From Lytechinus pictus (lineage: Eukaryota), in the NCBI RefSeq assembly GCF_037042905.1, contig NC_087263.1:9860001-9924000 (forward strand): DNA of 64,000 bases, written 5' to 3'. The position numbers were made by a program, and so were the translations under genes. The notes below the pieces were generated by a model. That model worked only from the letters and a program-made list of their open reading frames with translations, had not been told where the DNA came from and did no database searches. Positions 1-12,929 of this stretch are shown in pieces (the stretch's first letter is position 1; each line of letters starts with the position of its first letter).

Positions 1-95
1 CTTGGTCTAATCGCCAATTGGTCTAATGACCAGTTGGACTAATCGTCACTTGGTCCAATTTTCATTTGGTCTAATTCACACTTGGTCTAATGTCC
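1..95. repeat. Degenerate ~20-bp tandem array (core TTGGTCTAAT); likely inner end of the left arm of a foldback-type element that starts before the window
   Basis: ttggtctaat/ttggactaat/ttggtccaat recur about every 20 nt; the reverse-complement array (attagaccaa) is at ~7130-7520. Confidence 0.7.
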
Positions 96-104
96 ATTTA
101 TTCT

Positions 105-375
105 ATAGGTTTTCCAGGTCAAATGTCCGCAGATTGGAACCAGTCGTCCATATAGGTATTTCAAATGTCCGTGTACATGGACAAATGTCCGCATAAGAAT
201 ATGGATGTCCGATTAGGGAGTTCAAATGTCCACGTAGGTTCAAAGTGTCCATATAGCTATATCAAATATCCGATTAGGGAAATCAAAAGTCACATAGGGA
301 ACTAAATGTCCAACTAGAGAGTGTAATATCCCACTTGGGAAAACAAATGTTGTATAGGGATCTCAATTGTCCACG
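105..375. repeat. Degenerate ~20-21-bp tandem array (core CAAATGTCC...TAGGG)
   Basis: caaatgtcc variants recur about every 20 nt. Confidence 0.6.
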
Positions 376-1013
376 GTTTGAAATTATGATCACTCGAACA
401 TGATAACTTTATTTTTTCATCCTTCGCTTTTTAATTTTCTGTCACTCAGCTTTCCCTTTCCCTTCCTGCTCGATCTATCCATTTGTCAGGCAAGGGAATC
501 CCCCCCCTCATTTCACAAATTTGCTGACCTCCTTGATTTTTGTCCTTATTTTTATTGATTGAATTATTCATTTTTTGGTCAATTTTTTTTCGAGGGGGGG
601 GGGGGTGCGGAGTCTTAGCCCTGTATGTTGTATTTGTCTTCTTTATTTATTTTTATACACATTAATATATTTCTTCCCTTTTCATTCTACCCCGCCCCTC
701 TTTTGGAGCCGTTTATCTCTTGGTGGAGATGGAGCGCCTTTTTGTATCAGGCTCTTTTCTCTTCCTTCCATTCATTCCACCTTTTCAACTTTTCCTTTTC
801 TACTAATTTGTTATAGGCAAACAAATAAAATGTCATATAGTGTTTTTAATAGTCTCTATGGGTGTAAAATGTTATGTTTCTTACATATTCTGTTTTTTTT
901 TTTAACCAAATTATTATATATATTCCTTCCACTAAATATCGAACGCCACACAACATGATCTACGGACAAACTACGGATATTATTTACAATATTTTTTAGT
1001 CAAACCCATAACA

Positions 1014-1217
1014 TATATATAAATCTTAACATGGCATTTAATTTCATAATTCATATGAAAAACTCATTATTTGTAAAAATGTTTGTTCCTTACAGTTATG
1101 AAACCTATTTAAGTCATCAAATAATTATTGTTTAATTCTTCTTAAGCATCAATTTATTACAAATAATGAGTTTTTTATATGAATTATGAAATTAATGCCA
1201 TGTTAAGATTTATATAT
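1014..1217. repeat. Short inverted repeat with ~62-bp arms and ~80-bp spacer (MITE-like)
   Basis: 1014-1076 (atataaatcttaacatggca...ctcattatttgtaa) is the near reverse complement of 1157-1217. Confidence 0.75.
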
Positions 1218-2098
1218 TTCATTCTTTCAGTTTTTGAGAGGCGAGTCCCTTGGAACTTACAAACTTGAGGGTGTTGTGATGAATTAAAAATCATTCATTA
1301 TCAATTCAAATTGTTAGAGCAAATTTCATGAATTCTCAAATTAAAATTCCATGCATGAGTGAACGTGAATTGCAATCTTTAGTGCAGTGTGGGTCTCGGC
1401 AGTGTGTTCATTGGAGTCAGGAGAATAGGGGTAAGATAGGACTTCAGTGGGTGAAGTAGGCAGAGATGGGAAAGGGGTCAATTTGATAATAAATTTTGAA
1501 AATTAGGTCATCAACGTTTCAGTGGGCAGTGCTCGCTCAAGCATGAATAGTTTTCCAACTTTTTGGTGTCATTTGTAATGAAAATTTGAAAATACATGTT
1601 AATTCATAACGGTTACATTTTATACACTCATTTGCATTACCTGAGGCAAAAGGTGCAATGCTGTCAGAAATCCACTTAATTATATTTTGGTAATGCAGAT
1701 AAACGTCTTATATATAATATAGCATCATTCATGAATTTATTTTATCTAGAATTAGCAAATATGGTACGTAATGGATAAATACCATGCATCAGTTAATACA
1801 TATCACTAGGATCCGGGGGGTAGAGGCTAGAGCCGGGGTAAGGCTGGTGGACGCAAAACCTCACCGTGAAGGACTATCGATGACGAGATATTCGCTCATC
1901 GAATGAATTATTCTAACCAAATAACATACTCATAATCATTACATCACCGCATGCACATTTACAGAACAATAAGTTGGGGACCTTGTAGCTTATAATAGTC
2001 GAATGGCGGGGTTTCGTCAGAATAAAATTACTATGAAGAAAGGAACGAAAATATAATGTAATTGATTGTGTAGATACGTATTTGGTAAACATGTTTAT

Positions 2099-5000
2099 AT
2101 GAGGCGCCGAATGTACCAATATTATTTGTTATATAATCATTATTTATTAAATAATAACTATTATTTATATATAATTTACATTTTATTTGTAAATAACTAC
2201 TATTATATAAAATATCATTTCTAATTATTTATATATAATTCCAAGTAATACTTCATTATTTGTAAATAATAATAGTTCGACATTCCATTATTTATAAATA
2301 ATGATTATTTGTTTTTCATTATTTATAAATAATGATTATTCGTTTTTCATTATTTATAAATAATGATTATTTGTTTTTCATTATTTACAAATAATGATTA
2401 TTTGTTTTTCATTATTTATAAATAATGATTATTTGTTTTTCATTATTTACAAATAATGATTATTTGTTTTTCATTATTTATAAATAATGATTATTTGTTT
2501 TTCATTATTTATAAATAATGATTATTTGTTTTTCATTATTTACAAATAATGATTATTTGTTTTTCATTATTTATAAATAATGATTATTTGTTTTTCATTA
2601 TTTATAAATAATGATTATTTGTTTTTCATTATTTATAAATAATGATTATTTGTTTTTCATTATTTATAAATAATTTGTTGAGTTTTCCATTATTTATAAA
2701 TAATGATTATTTGTTAAATAATGAAAACGTCTACTTCATTATTTATAAATAATTTTTTCGAGTGCACCATTATTCTCATTATTTATAAATAATCATTATT
2801 TAATGTTCGAGTTTTCCATTATTTATAAATAAAGATTATTTGTTAAATAATGAAATATCTACTTCATTATCTATAAATAATAATTTAGTTTCAATATCCC
2901 ATTATTTATAAATAATCATTATTTATAAACAATTTTTACAGTTTGCCATTATATACAAATAATCATTATTTATATACAAATAACCATTATTTATTAAATA
3001 ATGCCATTATTTATTAAATAATGCCATTATTTATTAAATAATGGAAAACTCGCTATAACATGCAAATGTGGGACCGCCCATGATATGAATATTCATGATG
3101 CGATTTCCTTTTTCGTGATTTTTCTTCACAAATTTTTGTCCATTTCCTCTTCATAATGAAATTTCTTGAAGCAATTTTCTAGGGATATGGTCTGATTGTA
3201 ATATTCCTCATTTTCTATATAACTTCGTCTTCGTAGAAATATCAAAAAGTGTAATTTTATACGATTTTTCCTACAGTTCACAATCCCCACAGGCGCGCGT
3301 GTATCGTAGGGACAACCGGTGAATCGACGGAGTGCTCTTCATCGAAATACTACGTTGGTTGGTCCCCAGAAGTGGCGGGCGGAATTTAGCCTGAATCCTC
3401 GATGGAAGTCGATCAAGTGCATATGAGCTGAGAGAGTGAAATATCAGTGTACTAACTTGTACAGGCCCTTCTACTTTTTATAAATATTTCTTGTTGCTTT
3501 TTTTGTTAAGTTAATTTTTCCTGGTGTAGAGATAAGTTTCAGTTCTAATAATGCACTTCAAATACATTTTGGAGTGTCTGTTTGAGGCGTTTGGGGCGAT
3601 TTCACCCTGGCCCCTAAATGCTCGCAACGACAATACCTGAATACGGGGGCATGATGACCCCTAAATTTTTAAAAACTTATTTTTCTATTGAAAATTATCA
3701 CAAAATTCACCAAAAGTGTGCACGAAAGCCTTCGTATTTCACTTTTAAAACTCCAAAAAGTGCCCAAATGACAAGCTTGGTCGCTTCGCTGTGTCGCTTT
3801 CAACTTGAGAACGTTTACGCGTCTGCTTCCCCCCCCCCCTCCTCCGAAAGAAATTCTGTATACGGCCATGCTCTAAAGAGCCTGGCACATTGATTTATGT
3901 ATACTTTCATTTTCATTATTTTTATCTCATTATCAACATGGCCTTACGCATAATTTTTTCCAGGGGGGCCGGGGCCGGAGCATGACGCGCGTAAAGTTTC
4001 TCAAAAAAATCTTGAAAGCGAGACAGCGACGCGACCAAGCTCAAATGATAAGCTTGGTCGCTTCGCTTTTTCAAGATTTTTATGAGAAAGTTTACGCGCG
4101 TCCTGCTACCCCCACCCCCCCCCCCCGGAAAAAATTCTGCGTAAGGCCATGATGATAATGAGATAAAAATAATGAAAATGAAGTATACATAAATCAATGT
4201 GCCAGGCTCTTTAGAGCATGGCCGTATACAGAATTTCTTTCGGAGGAGGGGGGGGGGGGGGGAAAGCAGACGCGTAAACTTTCTCAAGTTGAAAGCGACA
4301 CAGCGAAGCGACCAAGCTTGTCATTTGGGCACTTTTTGGTGTTTTAAAAGTGAAATACGAAGGCTTTCGTGCACACTTTTGGTGAATTTTGTGATAATTT
4401 TCAATAGAAAAATAAGTTTTTTAAAAATTAGGGGTCATCATGCCCCCGTATTGTCGTTGCGAGCATTTTGGGGCCAGGGTGAAATCGCCCCAAACGCCTC
4501 AAACAGACACTCCAAAATGTATTTGAAGTGCATTATTAGAACTGAAACTTATCTCTACACCAGGAAAAATTAACTTAACCAAAAAAGCAACAAGAAATAT
4601 TTATAAAAAGTAGAAGGGCCTGTACAAGTACACTGATATTTCACTCTCTCAGCTCATAAGCACTTGATCGACTTCCATCGAGGATTCAGGCTAAATTCCG
4701 CCCGCCACTTCCGGGGACCAACCAACGTAGTATTTCGATGAAGAGCACTCCGTCGATTCACCAGTTGTCCCTACGATACACGCGCGCCTATGGGGATTGT
4801 GAACTGTAGGAAAAATCGTATAAAATTACACTTTTTGATATTTCTACGAAGACGAAGTTATATAGAAAATGAAGAATATTACAATCAGACCATATCCCTA
4901 GAAAATTGCTTCAACTTCAAGAAATTTCATTATGAAGAGGAAATGGACAAAAATTTGTGAAGAAAAATCACGAAAAAGGAAATCGCATCATGAATATTCA

Positions 5001-5918
5001 TATCATGGGCGGTCCCACATTTGCATGTTATAGCGAGTTTTCCATTATTTAATAAATAATGGCATTATTTAATAAATAATGGTTATTTGTATATAAATAA
5101 TGATTATTTGTATATAATGGCAAACTGTAAAAATTGTTTATAAATAATGATTATTTATAAATAATGGGATATTGAAACTAAATTATTATTTATAAATAAT
5201 GAAGTAGATATTTCATTATTTAACAAATAATCTTTATTTATAAGTAATGGAAAACTCGAACATTAAATAATGATTATTTATAAATAATGAGAATAATGGT
5301 GCACTCGAACAAATTATTTATAAATAATGAAGTAGACGTTTTCATTATTTAACAAATAATCATTATTTATAAATAATGGAAAACTCAACAAATTATTTAT
5401 AAATAATGAAAAACAAATAATCATTATTTATAAATAATGAAAAACAAATAATCATTATTTATAAATAATGAAAAACAAATAATCATTATTTATAAATAAT
5501 GAAAAACAAATAATCATTATTTGTAAATAATGAAAAACAAATAATCATTATTTATAAATAATGAAAAACAAATAATCATTATTTATAAATAATGAAAAAC
5601 AAATAATCATTATTTGTAAATAATGAAAAACAAATAATCATTATTTATAAATAATGAAAAACGAATAATAATTATTTATAAATAATGAAAAACAAATAAT
5701 CATTATTTATAAATAATGGAATGTCGAACTATTATTATTTACAAATAATGAAGTATTACTTGGAATTATATATAAATAATTAGAAATGATATTTTATATA
5801 ATAGTAGTTATTTACAAATAAAATGTAAATTATATATAAATAATAGTTATTATTTAATAAATAATGATTATATAACAAATAATTGTTCTATATAATATTG
5901 GTACATTCGGCGCCTCAT
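2099..5918. mobile_element. Foldback (near-complete palindrome) non-autonomous DNA transposon with ~1.9-kb arms and 8-bp TSD
   Basis: Termini ATGAGGCGCCGAATGTACC and GGTACATTCGGCGCCTCAT; ATGTTTAT at 2091-2098 and 5919-5926; arms pair to a ~9-nt loop at ~4042-4050; no recognisable ORF. Confidence 0.92.
2286..2710. repeat. 31-bp tandem array in the outer domain of the foldback left arm (mirrored at ~5390-5720)
   Basis: Unit CATTATTTATAAATAATG-ATTATTTGTTTTT; units start at 2286 and 2317; the first 18 bp are a perfect palindrome. Confidence 0.9.
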
Positions 5919-6305
5919 ATGTTTATGCCTCTTTTAAATCATTGTGATGCACCATTACGGACGATACTTGAACTTGACGGCCTAGTTATGCAGTCCAAAA
6001 CTACAAAGCAATTAGATCATTAATTTTGTTATGAATAATCTGTTTAGTTATTTCAATAGTTAGTTTGGATGCAAATAACAGACCAGTTAGATATAGTTTG
6101 ATAGCACTATATACAGGTCTATCGGGTTAGCTGCAACAACATCACTGCGACCATCTGGGTAGCAGCCACATCATTCTGAAGGGTAATAACATTGTATAGT
6201 CTACGCTTGCAGACCTTTATCAGTTATCACCACAGTAGTCGTTCATCTTATATATCTTCTCATTCTGTTTTTGTTCTACTTCTTCGCCTCCTTAAAATGG
6301 ATTGG

Positions 6306-6755
6306 CAAGGTTCCCACCCTATCAGGGAAATCAAGGAAATCAGGGATTTTTAAAAACTTTTCTCCTGTCAGGGATTGCCTCAAATCCGGCGAAAATGCTT
6401 CAATTGAGGGCAAAATCAGCCGGGAATTTTGATCGGCCCAAAACAAAAGTCGAAAGCACGATAGTCAGTCACGACAGTCAGACTGTTATATTTTGTTGTA
6501 TATTAAAACAGCATTCATTGAATGACATGATATGTTTTTTTTTAGTGTAGCCTCTTTTACTACAATACAAGTAGGCTATAGGCCTCCTGGTACATTAGAC
6601 ATGCATAACTAAAAAAAAATAATTATTAATGTAATTCACTGCAGCAACTTTAGAAAACATGAGAAATCGGAAATGGGTTTGAATAATTTGGGAATTTTTG
6701 AACTTCATCAGAGAAAAATCAGGGATTTGTTTTTTTTGAAAAGTTGGGAACCATG
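6306..6755. mobile_element. MITE with hAT-like termini and an apparent 5-bp TSD
   Basis: Ends CAAGGTTCCCA and TGGGAACCATG; ATTGG at 6301-6305 and 6756-6760; subterminal AAATCAGGGA motifs at both ends. Confidence 0.7.
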
Positions 6756-7129
6756 ATTGGGTTAAGCCAGCGTTAACTATCTACAATAGATTGTATACAT
6801 AGAGGTGGATAAATAAATATCAAATTTTTTACATATTTTACAGAAAAATAACAAATTTGTTTTTTTATACCAAAACCTTCAAAAATCCCCTGAAACAGAA
6901 AAAAAAAATCCCCACATTTTTTTCGTCCCCACAGGCTTTCGAAAATCCCCATATTTTCAAAATTCAGTTTAGGACGAAATATATGTCACTCTAACTGTAC
7001 TCCAATATCGAGGGGCGCGCGTGTGAAGATTCGAAGCTGGCGCGCGGAAAATGAGTTTAAATATTTAACCAGAAAATTGAAAACTAGTCACCATGCAGAC
7101 CATCCGACCATCCGACTATTAAACGAACT

Positions 7130-7520
7130 GGTATTAAACCAAATGCAATTACAACAAGTGACAATGAAATACATTAGACGAAATGGCAATTAGACCAAGT
7201 GACTATTAGCCCAACTGGGCATTAGACCAAGTGGCTATTATGCATTGTATATGGGCATACAAGGATCCGATGACCGGGGTAATGATATATCTGTAAAGCG
7301 CTTAGAGACGTCGTTCCGATGTGTTAAGCGCTATATAAATGCGGAATATTATTATTATTAGACCAAGTGGTCATTAGACCAAGTGACTATTAGACCAAGT
7401 GTTCATTAGACCAAGTGGCTATTAGACGAAGTGGTCATTAGACTAATTGGCTATTAGACCAAGTGGTCATTAGACCAAAAGAAAATTGGACTAAGTGGGT
7501 TTAGCCCGAATGTCGTTAGC
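7130..7520. repeat. ~20-bp tandem array (ATTAGACCAAGTGG), inverted relative to 1-95
   Basis: About a dozen attagaccaagtg variants; interrupted at 7241-7360. Confidence 0.8.
7241..7360 (+). mobile_element. 5'-truncated L2-type LINE/SINE 3' tail inserted into the 20-bp array
   Basis: TGTAAAGCGCTTAGAG...TAAGCGCTATATAAAT stem-loop followed by an (ATT)n tail; the array resumes directly after. Confidence 0.7.
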
Positions 7521-7538
7521 AGTAGGTCAGTAGGTATC

Positions 7539-7814
7539 AGTAGGTATTCTTTTGCACTGATTTAAATTCTTATTTGCACCAAAGTAAGGCATGACTGCAA
7601 TGAGACATAATTGCACATACCTTTCAATCAAATTTAACTTGCGAATTGATACTAAAAAGTATTTATTAAACAAACCTAATGTAAATTCCGGTAAAGGTGT
7701 TTTGAAATGGAAATTAATGCAACCCTGACATCATTGACATCTGGATTCGTTAATTGCAGTCATGTCTTACTTTGGCGCAAATGAAAATTTACATCACTGC
7801 TAAGAATACCTACT
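7539..7814. mobile_element. MITE with ~62-bp imperfect TIRs
   Basis: agtaggtattct...aaagtaaggcatgactgcaat pairs with attgcagtcatgtcttacttt...agaatacctact. Confidence 0.75.
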
Positions 7815-9416
7815 AATAATTATCCAAGCGTGAAGAGATACAATATAAATATGGTATCAAATTATTTGATAATCACACATTTATTTCCTTCAAACAGATA
7901 CAAAATAATATTTGACATAGTAACAAATACAGTATATATTTCGACACCATTTTGAAGGAGGCGAAAACCCGGAAAGCAGAGCTTGAGTTGGGGTCGCCAA
8001 ATACAAATAAATAACAAGTTACGTACTGTAATGACATCATATGTAATATTTGGGAGAAGATACTAATTTTAGCAATATATATATATATATAATGATTATG
8101 TGTTCATTACGTTATTTTTTTCTTGAATTTGGGATTTGTTAAGTGTTAATTTCTTTTTCACTCACATGGTATATGTTTATAAATATTTTATTAAAGTTAT
8201 TCAGATTAAGAAATTCGGCGTGTGGGATAAAAAAGAACAAAAAGAATATATCTTTACGAAGTAGGAAATTTAGGTTCAAATTTCATGGAGCTAATGTATT
8301 ACCACCTAAAGATGTAATTGTGATTTTTTTATGAAGAGCTTACTTCCAAAAGGGATTAGATCAATTTTTCATAAAATTTAATTCAATTCCCATCATCTAT
8401 TCAATTTTGTAGCTGTGCAAGATTACACTAAGCAAAATTTCAAATTCTCAAGAAAACCACTTAAAAATTGGCCAAGAAAATTTAATTTATTTTAAAAAGC
8501 GGTGAGTTCATTTGATTTTTTCCAAAAGGGCGTTCGCTCCACTTTTAGCAATTGTGATAAAACTAATTTTATTTCACTTTTTTTTTAAATATGGCAGTAT
8601 TTCTAAATGTAACAAACATGAATTAAAACCCAACCATGTGAAGATAATATCACATTTTGGAAAAACAAATTTGTGGATCTTCTTTTTTTTTTTTTAAATT
8701 TTAATTTCATTGATCTAACCCCTTTTTAGAATTTTAAAAATGAGACTCCTGAGAATGTTGGTGTTATGTATGCGTTAATAATTTCCATTTTTTAAATGTT
8801 GGAACTATATATCTGAAGTGATTCCCTACAAGCAAAACAAAACGCACATGCACACCTTTATACACACGCACACCCACCCTCTAACACACACCCACACACT
8901 CACAAACACACACAAATACCTGAAAGCGAAGATAGGAATAGATCGAGTTTATTTTCAGTTTGTGTTCATTCTGCATGGGGAGGGACAGGGTAGAATTTGA
9001 GTCCCCGCGATAAGGGAAATGATTCTGCTGATATGTGAGAGTGTAGTTGGATAGAATGATAACTGTGGTGGCTGGTGGTTTGGGTGTATTGGGAGGGGGG
9101 GGGGGTGGAAGTGGGAGCTGTCATTGGTGCGTTTTTCTCTCGTCTGCAAACACAGACTCATATTTGACACTTTAAACAATTAAACCATTCTAGAGAGAAG
9201 ACTAGACTAGAAAGCCACAGTATATAGTGAATCCAGTCTACTATTTATGCACTTGTTAACGAATTGCGGAAACCAATGGTCTGTACATGCAGACTACGTT
9301 TTCTAGTAGAAGTCGTTATTAGACGGTGTAGGGTTTAGTTAATTGGGTGCTGGTTGTGTTGCAGTGTTGCATGATATTTGTGTGTTGATATCTCGATGGA
9401 GTTTATTTGTCTTTAA

Positions 9417-9994
9417 AGGGGAATCCAACAGAAATAAAAACATGTTTTTAGAGGATAAATAAAATTCAGACAAGTTGATAGGTGAAAGTTTGAAAAATAT
9501 CAGACGAACAATAAGAAAGTTATGATTTTTTTATATTGGTAATCATTATACCTATGGAGACTTCCAGTTGGTCGCGTAGTGACGTCATAATGATGCAAGG
9601 GAAGGACTACTCTTCCATATGTACTCAAGTACATAACATGGCTAAAATGTCATTTTTTTCAAGTTTTACTTCAAATTATATTTCTTTTATGAGGACAATA
9701 TACTACCTGGGTTATATATAGATGACAGCCAAAGCGGAATGGGAACTTAGGAGAAAACCACAAATCCCTGATAATTAAGTATATGGTCTATGGGAAAGTT
9801 GTCCTTGCCCCTAATTGTCTTATTGTGCTTCCCCAGTTGCCAATTTAAGATCTACATAGTCTTAGGGATCTCAATATTTTAAAGCAGCCGTAACTTTCTT
9901 ATTGCTTGTCTGATTTCTTTCAAGCTTTCACCGTTCTGTTTTATTTTTTTCTCCTTTCCAACAAAACATTTTATGCCACAATCTGGATTCCTCT
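9417..9994. mobile_element. TTAA-flanked MITE (Kolobok-like termini)
   Basis: TTAA|AGGGGAATCCA...TGGATTCCTCT|TTAA; a half copy of the same family is at 35462-35774 in reverse. Confidence 0.8.
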
Positions 9995-12929
9995 TTAATG
10001 TGTGAAAAGTGTGCTTATACGTCTCCAAGGTTTCGCCTGTATGGTGCGGATGAAGTGATATCTTTGGTGTGATTTTCGATCGAAGTTCACTTTTAACTGA
10101 TTCAATTTTGGGTTCAAGTGACTCTATTTTTTGTTGAGCAACGTCTATGGCAATGTCTCGTAGTTGGCATAGATTTGGTGTGTAATGCTATTGTCTAGTG
10201 TTAAGGCCAAGATATCATTTGTGTGTGTGTGTGTGTGTGCAACGAGAGTCCTTTGGGTACATTATTCGTATTCTATTCTTTACGGGTACTTCTTATGGAG
10301 CTGATATATTTGAATAATTCGCTAGTATAGTCCTTTCAATCCTAGATAGCATATGTGAGACGAAGTTGGAGGTGACGACATCGTCGGAAGAGGGCGCTGT
10401 TGATAGGCTCGTCATGTTCGTTTCCAGTCTGTTTTGATAGCAGGTATCAACAGTTGTGTAGTGAGCCAAAACTTTATGAGGGGACCAGGTATGGCGTATC
10501 AACATAATACAAAATAAAGTTGCGAATGAGGGAGGAAGTGAGCAAAATTTAGTTTTTTTTTCATAAAAAAAATATAATTTTCTGATAGATTTTTACAAAA
10601 TATTCAGAAAATAAACACCCTTCTCTTTCTCTTTCCTTTTCTCCTTTTTTCTTGGTCGTGTATTAAAATCATTGTTGTTATCATTATTATTTTCATTGTA
10701 ATTATCATCATTATTATTATTATTACTATCATGATTATTATTATCGTATTATTTTTGTCGGGGGCAAGCTCCCCACCCTGTACACCACTGGGTATCAAGG
10801 AAACGGGAAAGCAGTCTGTACTACCACGGATCCACAAAAGCAAGTTAAGAAACATGCTCTTCAGGACATGAAAATGAAAGGGGGCCCTCAACGTACCGTG
10901 TGCAGTGACTCGTTGTTTGATGAAATCGACACGTCAAAGAAATAATAATGAGATAGGGGTAGCTCTTCCAGGTAATGTTTCTTTTTATTCCGGCAAGCTT
11001 TCCGCCATATTTATGGCCTTCATCAGGCCTATAAAACAAAGTGATAACTTCTGTAATGTATTTATTTTGACCATCATTATCATTATGAGCAACAGGATCT
11101 ATATCAATCATCAAAGTCATGGTTATCAGTTATCAGTATAATTTGTAATAAATTTCAAATAACGATTTCACTTATATCAGATAGCTCCCCCGAAATCTTA
11201 TTTAAAATATGATAAGCATTCAAGAAGGGGAAGGTACTGGTTGCTAGGAATGTTTCGTCGCCAAAGGGGGATTTAGGAGTTCGGATTTCAGAGCAATTAA
11301 TAATATAGAGTTCCTTCGTTTTAATGGGTCCATGGTTCGGGCAACCCGGTTTCAATAGGTTACCAACATAGCTCAATTTCTTTTGAATTGGGCTTGCCTA
11401 ACAGAAACCGGGTTGGCCGTACCCTCACTATTCATAGATTTTTGGCTCTGTACCAAGTCCATGGGGGTTATCTGTGAGGGGGCATTATAAAAATACAATA
11501 TAAAATACTAACAATATTAATCTCATTATCACCATCGTCACCCATCGGTCATCACTATCATGACCATCGTCATCATTAAAATCTTAATAATCGGGAGTAT
11601 GAACATCATATTATGATCAATGTTATCATTATCTTTATTATTATGTCAATGAGCAATATATAACCATAATCGTAATCGGCGTCATCATTAAAACCTTGGG
11701 TTTCACTTATCAATTTTGTCTATAATTACTTTTTATTATTGAGTGATTTGCGTTGTAGCAAGGAATACAAGAAACAATGGCCTATTCATATTTGTAAAAC
11801 TTATTTAGAACAACCTTAGCATTCAACTTGGGGAATTTTACTAGTAGAGTTTCGTCGCAAGGGGGCGGTGTAGGAGTTAGAATTACATAGTCCGTGGGAG
11901 GTAATCTATCATGGGAGGCATTGACATAACAATATTGTATAAAATTAATACTAACAATACTTCGTCGATCATCACTAATATGACCATTATCGTCATTATA
12001 AGCAACATTTTAATTATCATCAGAGTGTATATAAAGTCTATAACGTCACTGTCATCTTCGACGTTAACATTATGATGATCATCACAATGTACAAAGGTAT
12101 CAATATAATCACTATCATCATTATCTTTATCAATATCATAATCATCGGCGTCATCGTTATGATCATCGCGATATGTATGGGCGGGTATCGGTTATCAATC
12201 CAATCTACAATTACTTCTCAGTCGTGAATTAATTATAGCAAGTGTCACAATCAACGGATGTGATATAGTCAGTGTGATTACGGTAACTTAGTTTACCATA
12301 GGTTATTAACAAAGAAGACAATAATTATGAAACGATAAAATATTAATGAAACGAAAACATATACCTTGGGTGTGTGTGTGGGGGGGGGGGGGAGAGTGGC
12401 CGTGTTTTGAGGTGTAGAACCGTCATAGTCAGTTTGTTATTATTAGGGCATTTTAGCAATCACTTCGGAGACGCTTTCTCTAACGCGGAAAATCTTTTTT
12501 CAAAACCAATGATAACAAGGCAGCCTTTGTTGAAAATCGGTGAATCAAAACAACTGTGCCGTCCTGGACTCTGGACAAACGATATATTTGCGATTTGTTC
12601 GTCCTCTCCGAATCTTAAAACAATGTGCTTGTCCCGTTCCGTCATCTTTCGACAATTACCTCTAATTTGATCATTGTGATTCAACGTGCATTTCGAATAG
12701 ATTCTGAATTAGCATTCAACATTATTTCATGATTATTAGGATATTTATATGTACTTATCTTCTTTGAATGTACTATTAGTTATTATTACAGACCGGTCTT
12801 GAATTTGTAGCTTGGTCGGGGAGGGAAACCATGTTACGACACATTTTGGTAATTTACCAAAATACCAAAATGAGCAATTTACCAATATGTGCCAAGTCTT
12901 GACTAAGTCTTTTATTCTGCCGTGAGGTT

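Noticed and set aside
2286..2710. 31-bp palindromic repeats as a CRISPR array
   Set aside because: Units are head-to-tail with no unique spacers, are mirrored in the other TIR, and there are no cas genes; eukaryotic context
3618..4573. ORFs in the foldback centre as a transposase
   Set aside because: Short, mirrored on both strands, containing poly-G/C runs and no DDE or other recognisable motif
2099..5918. Giant palindrome as an assembly artefact
   Set aside because: Arms differ in repeat number and small indels (3448-3462 vs 4622-4633; extra bases at 4911-4920), and an exact TSD flanks it
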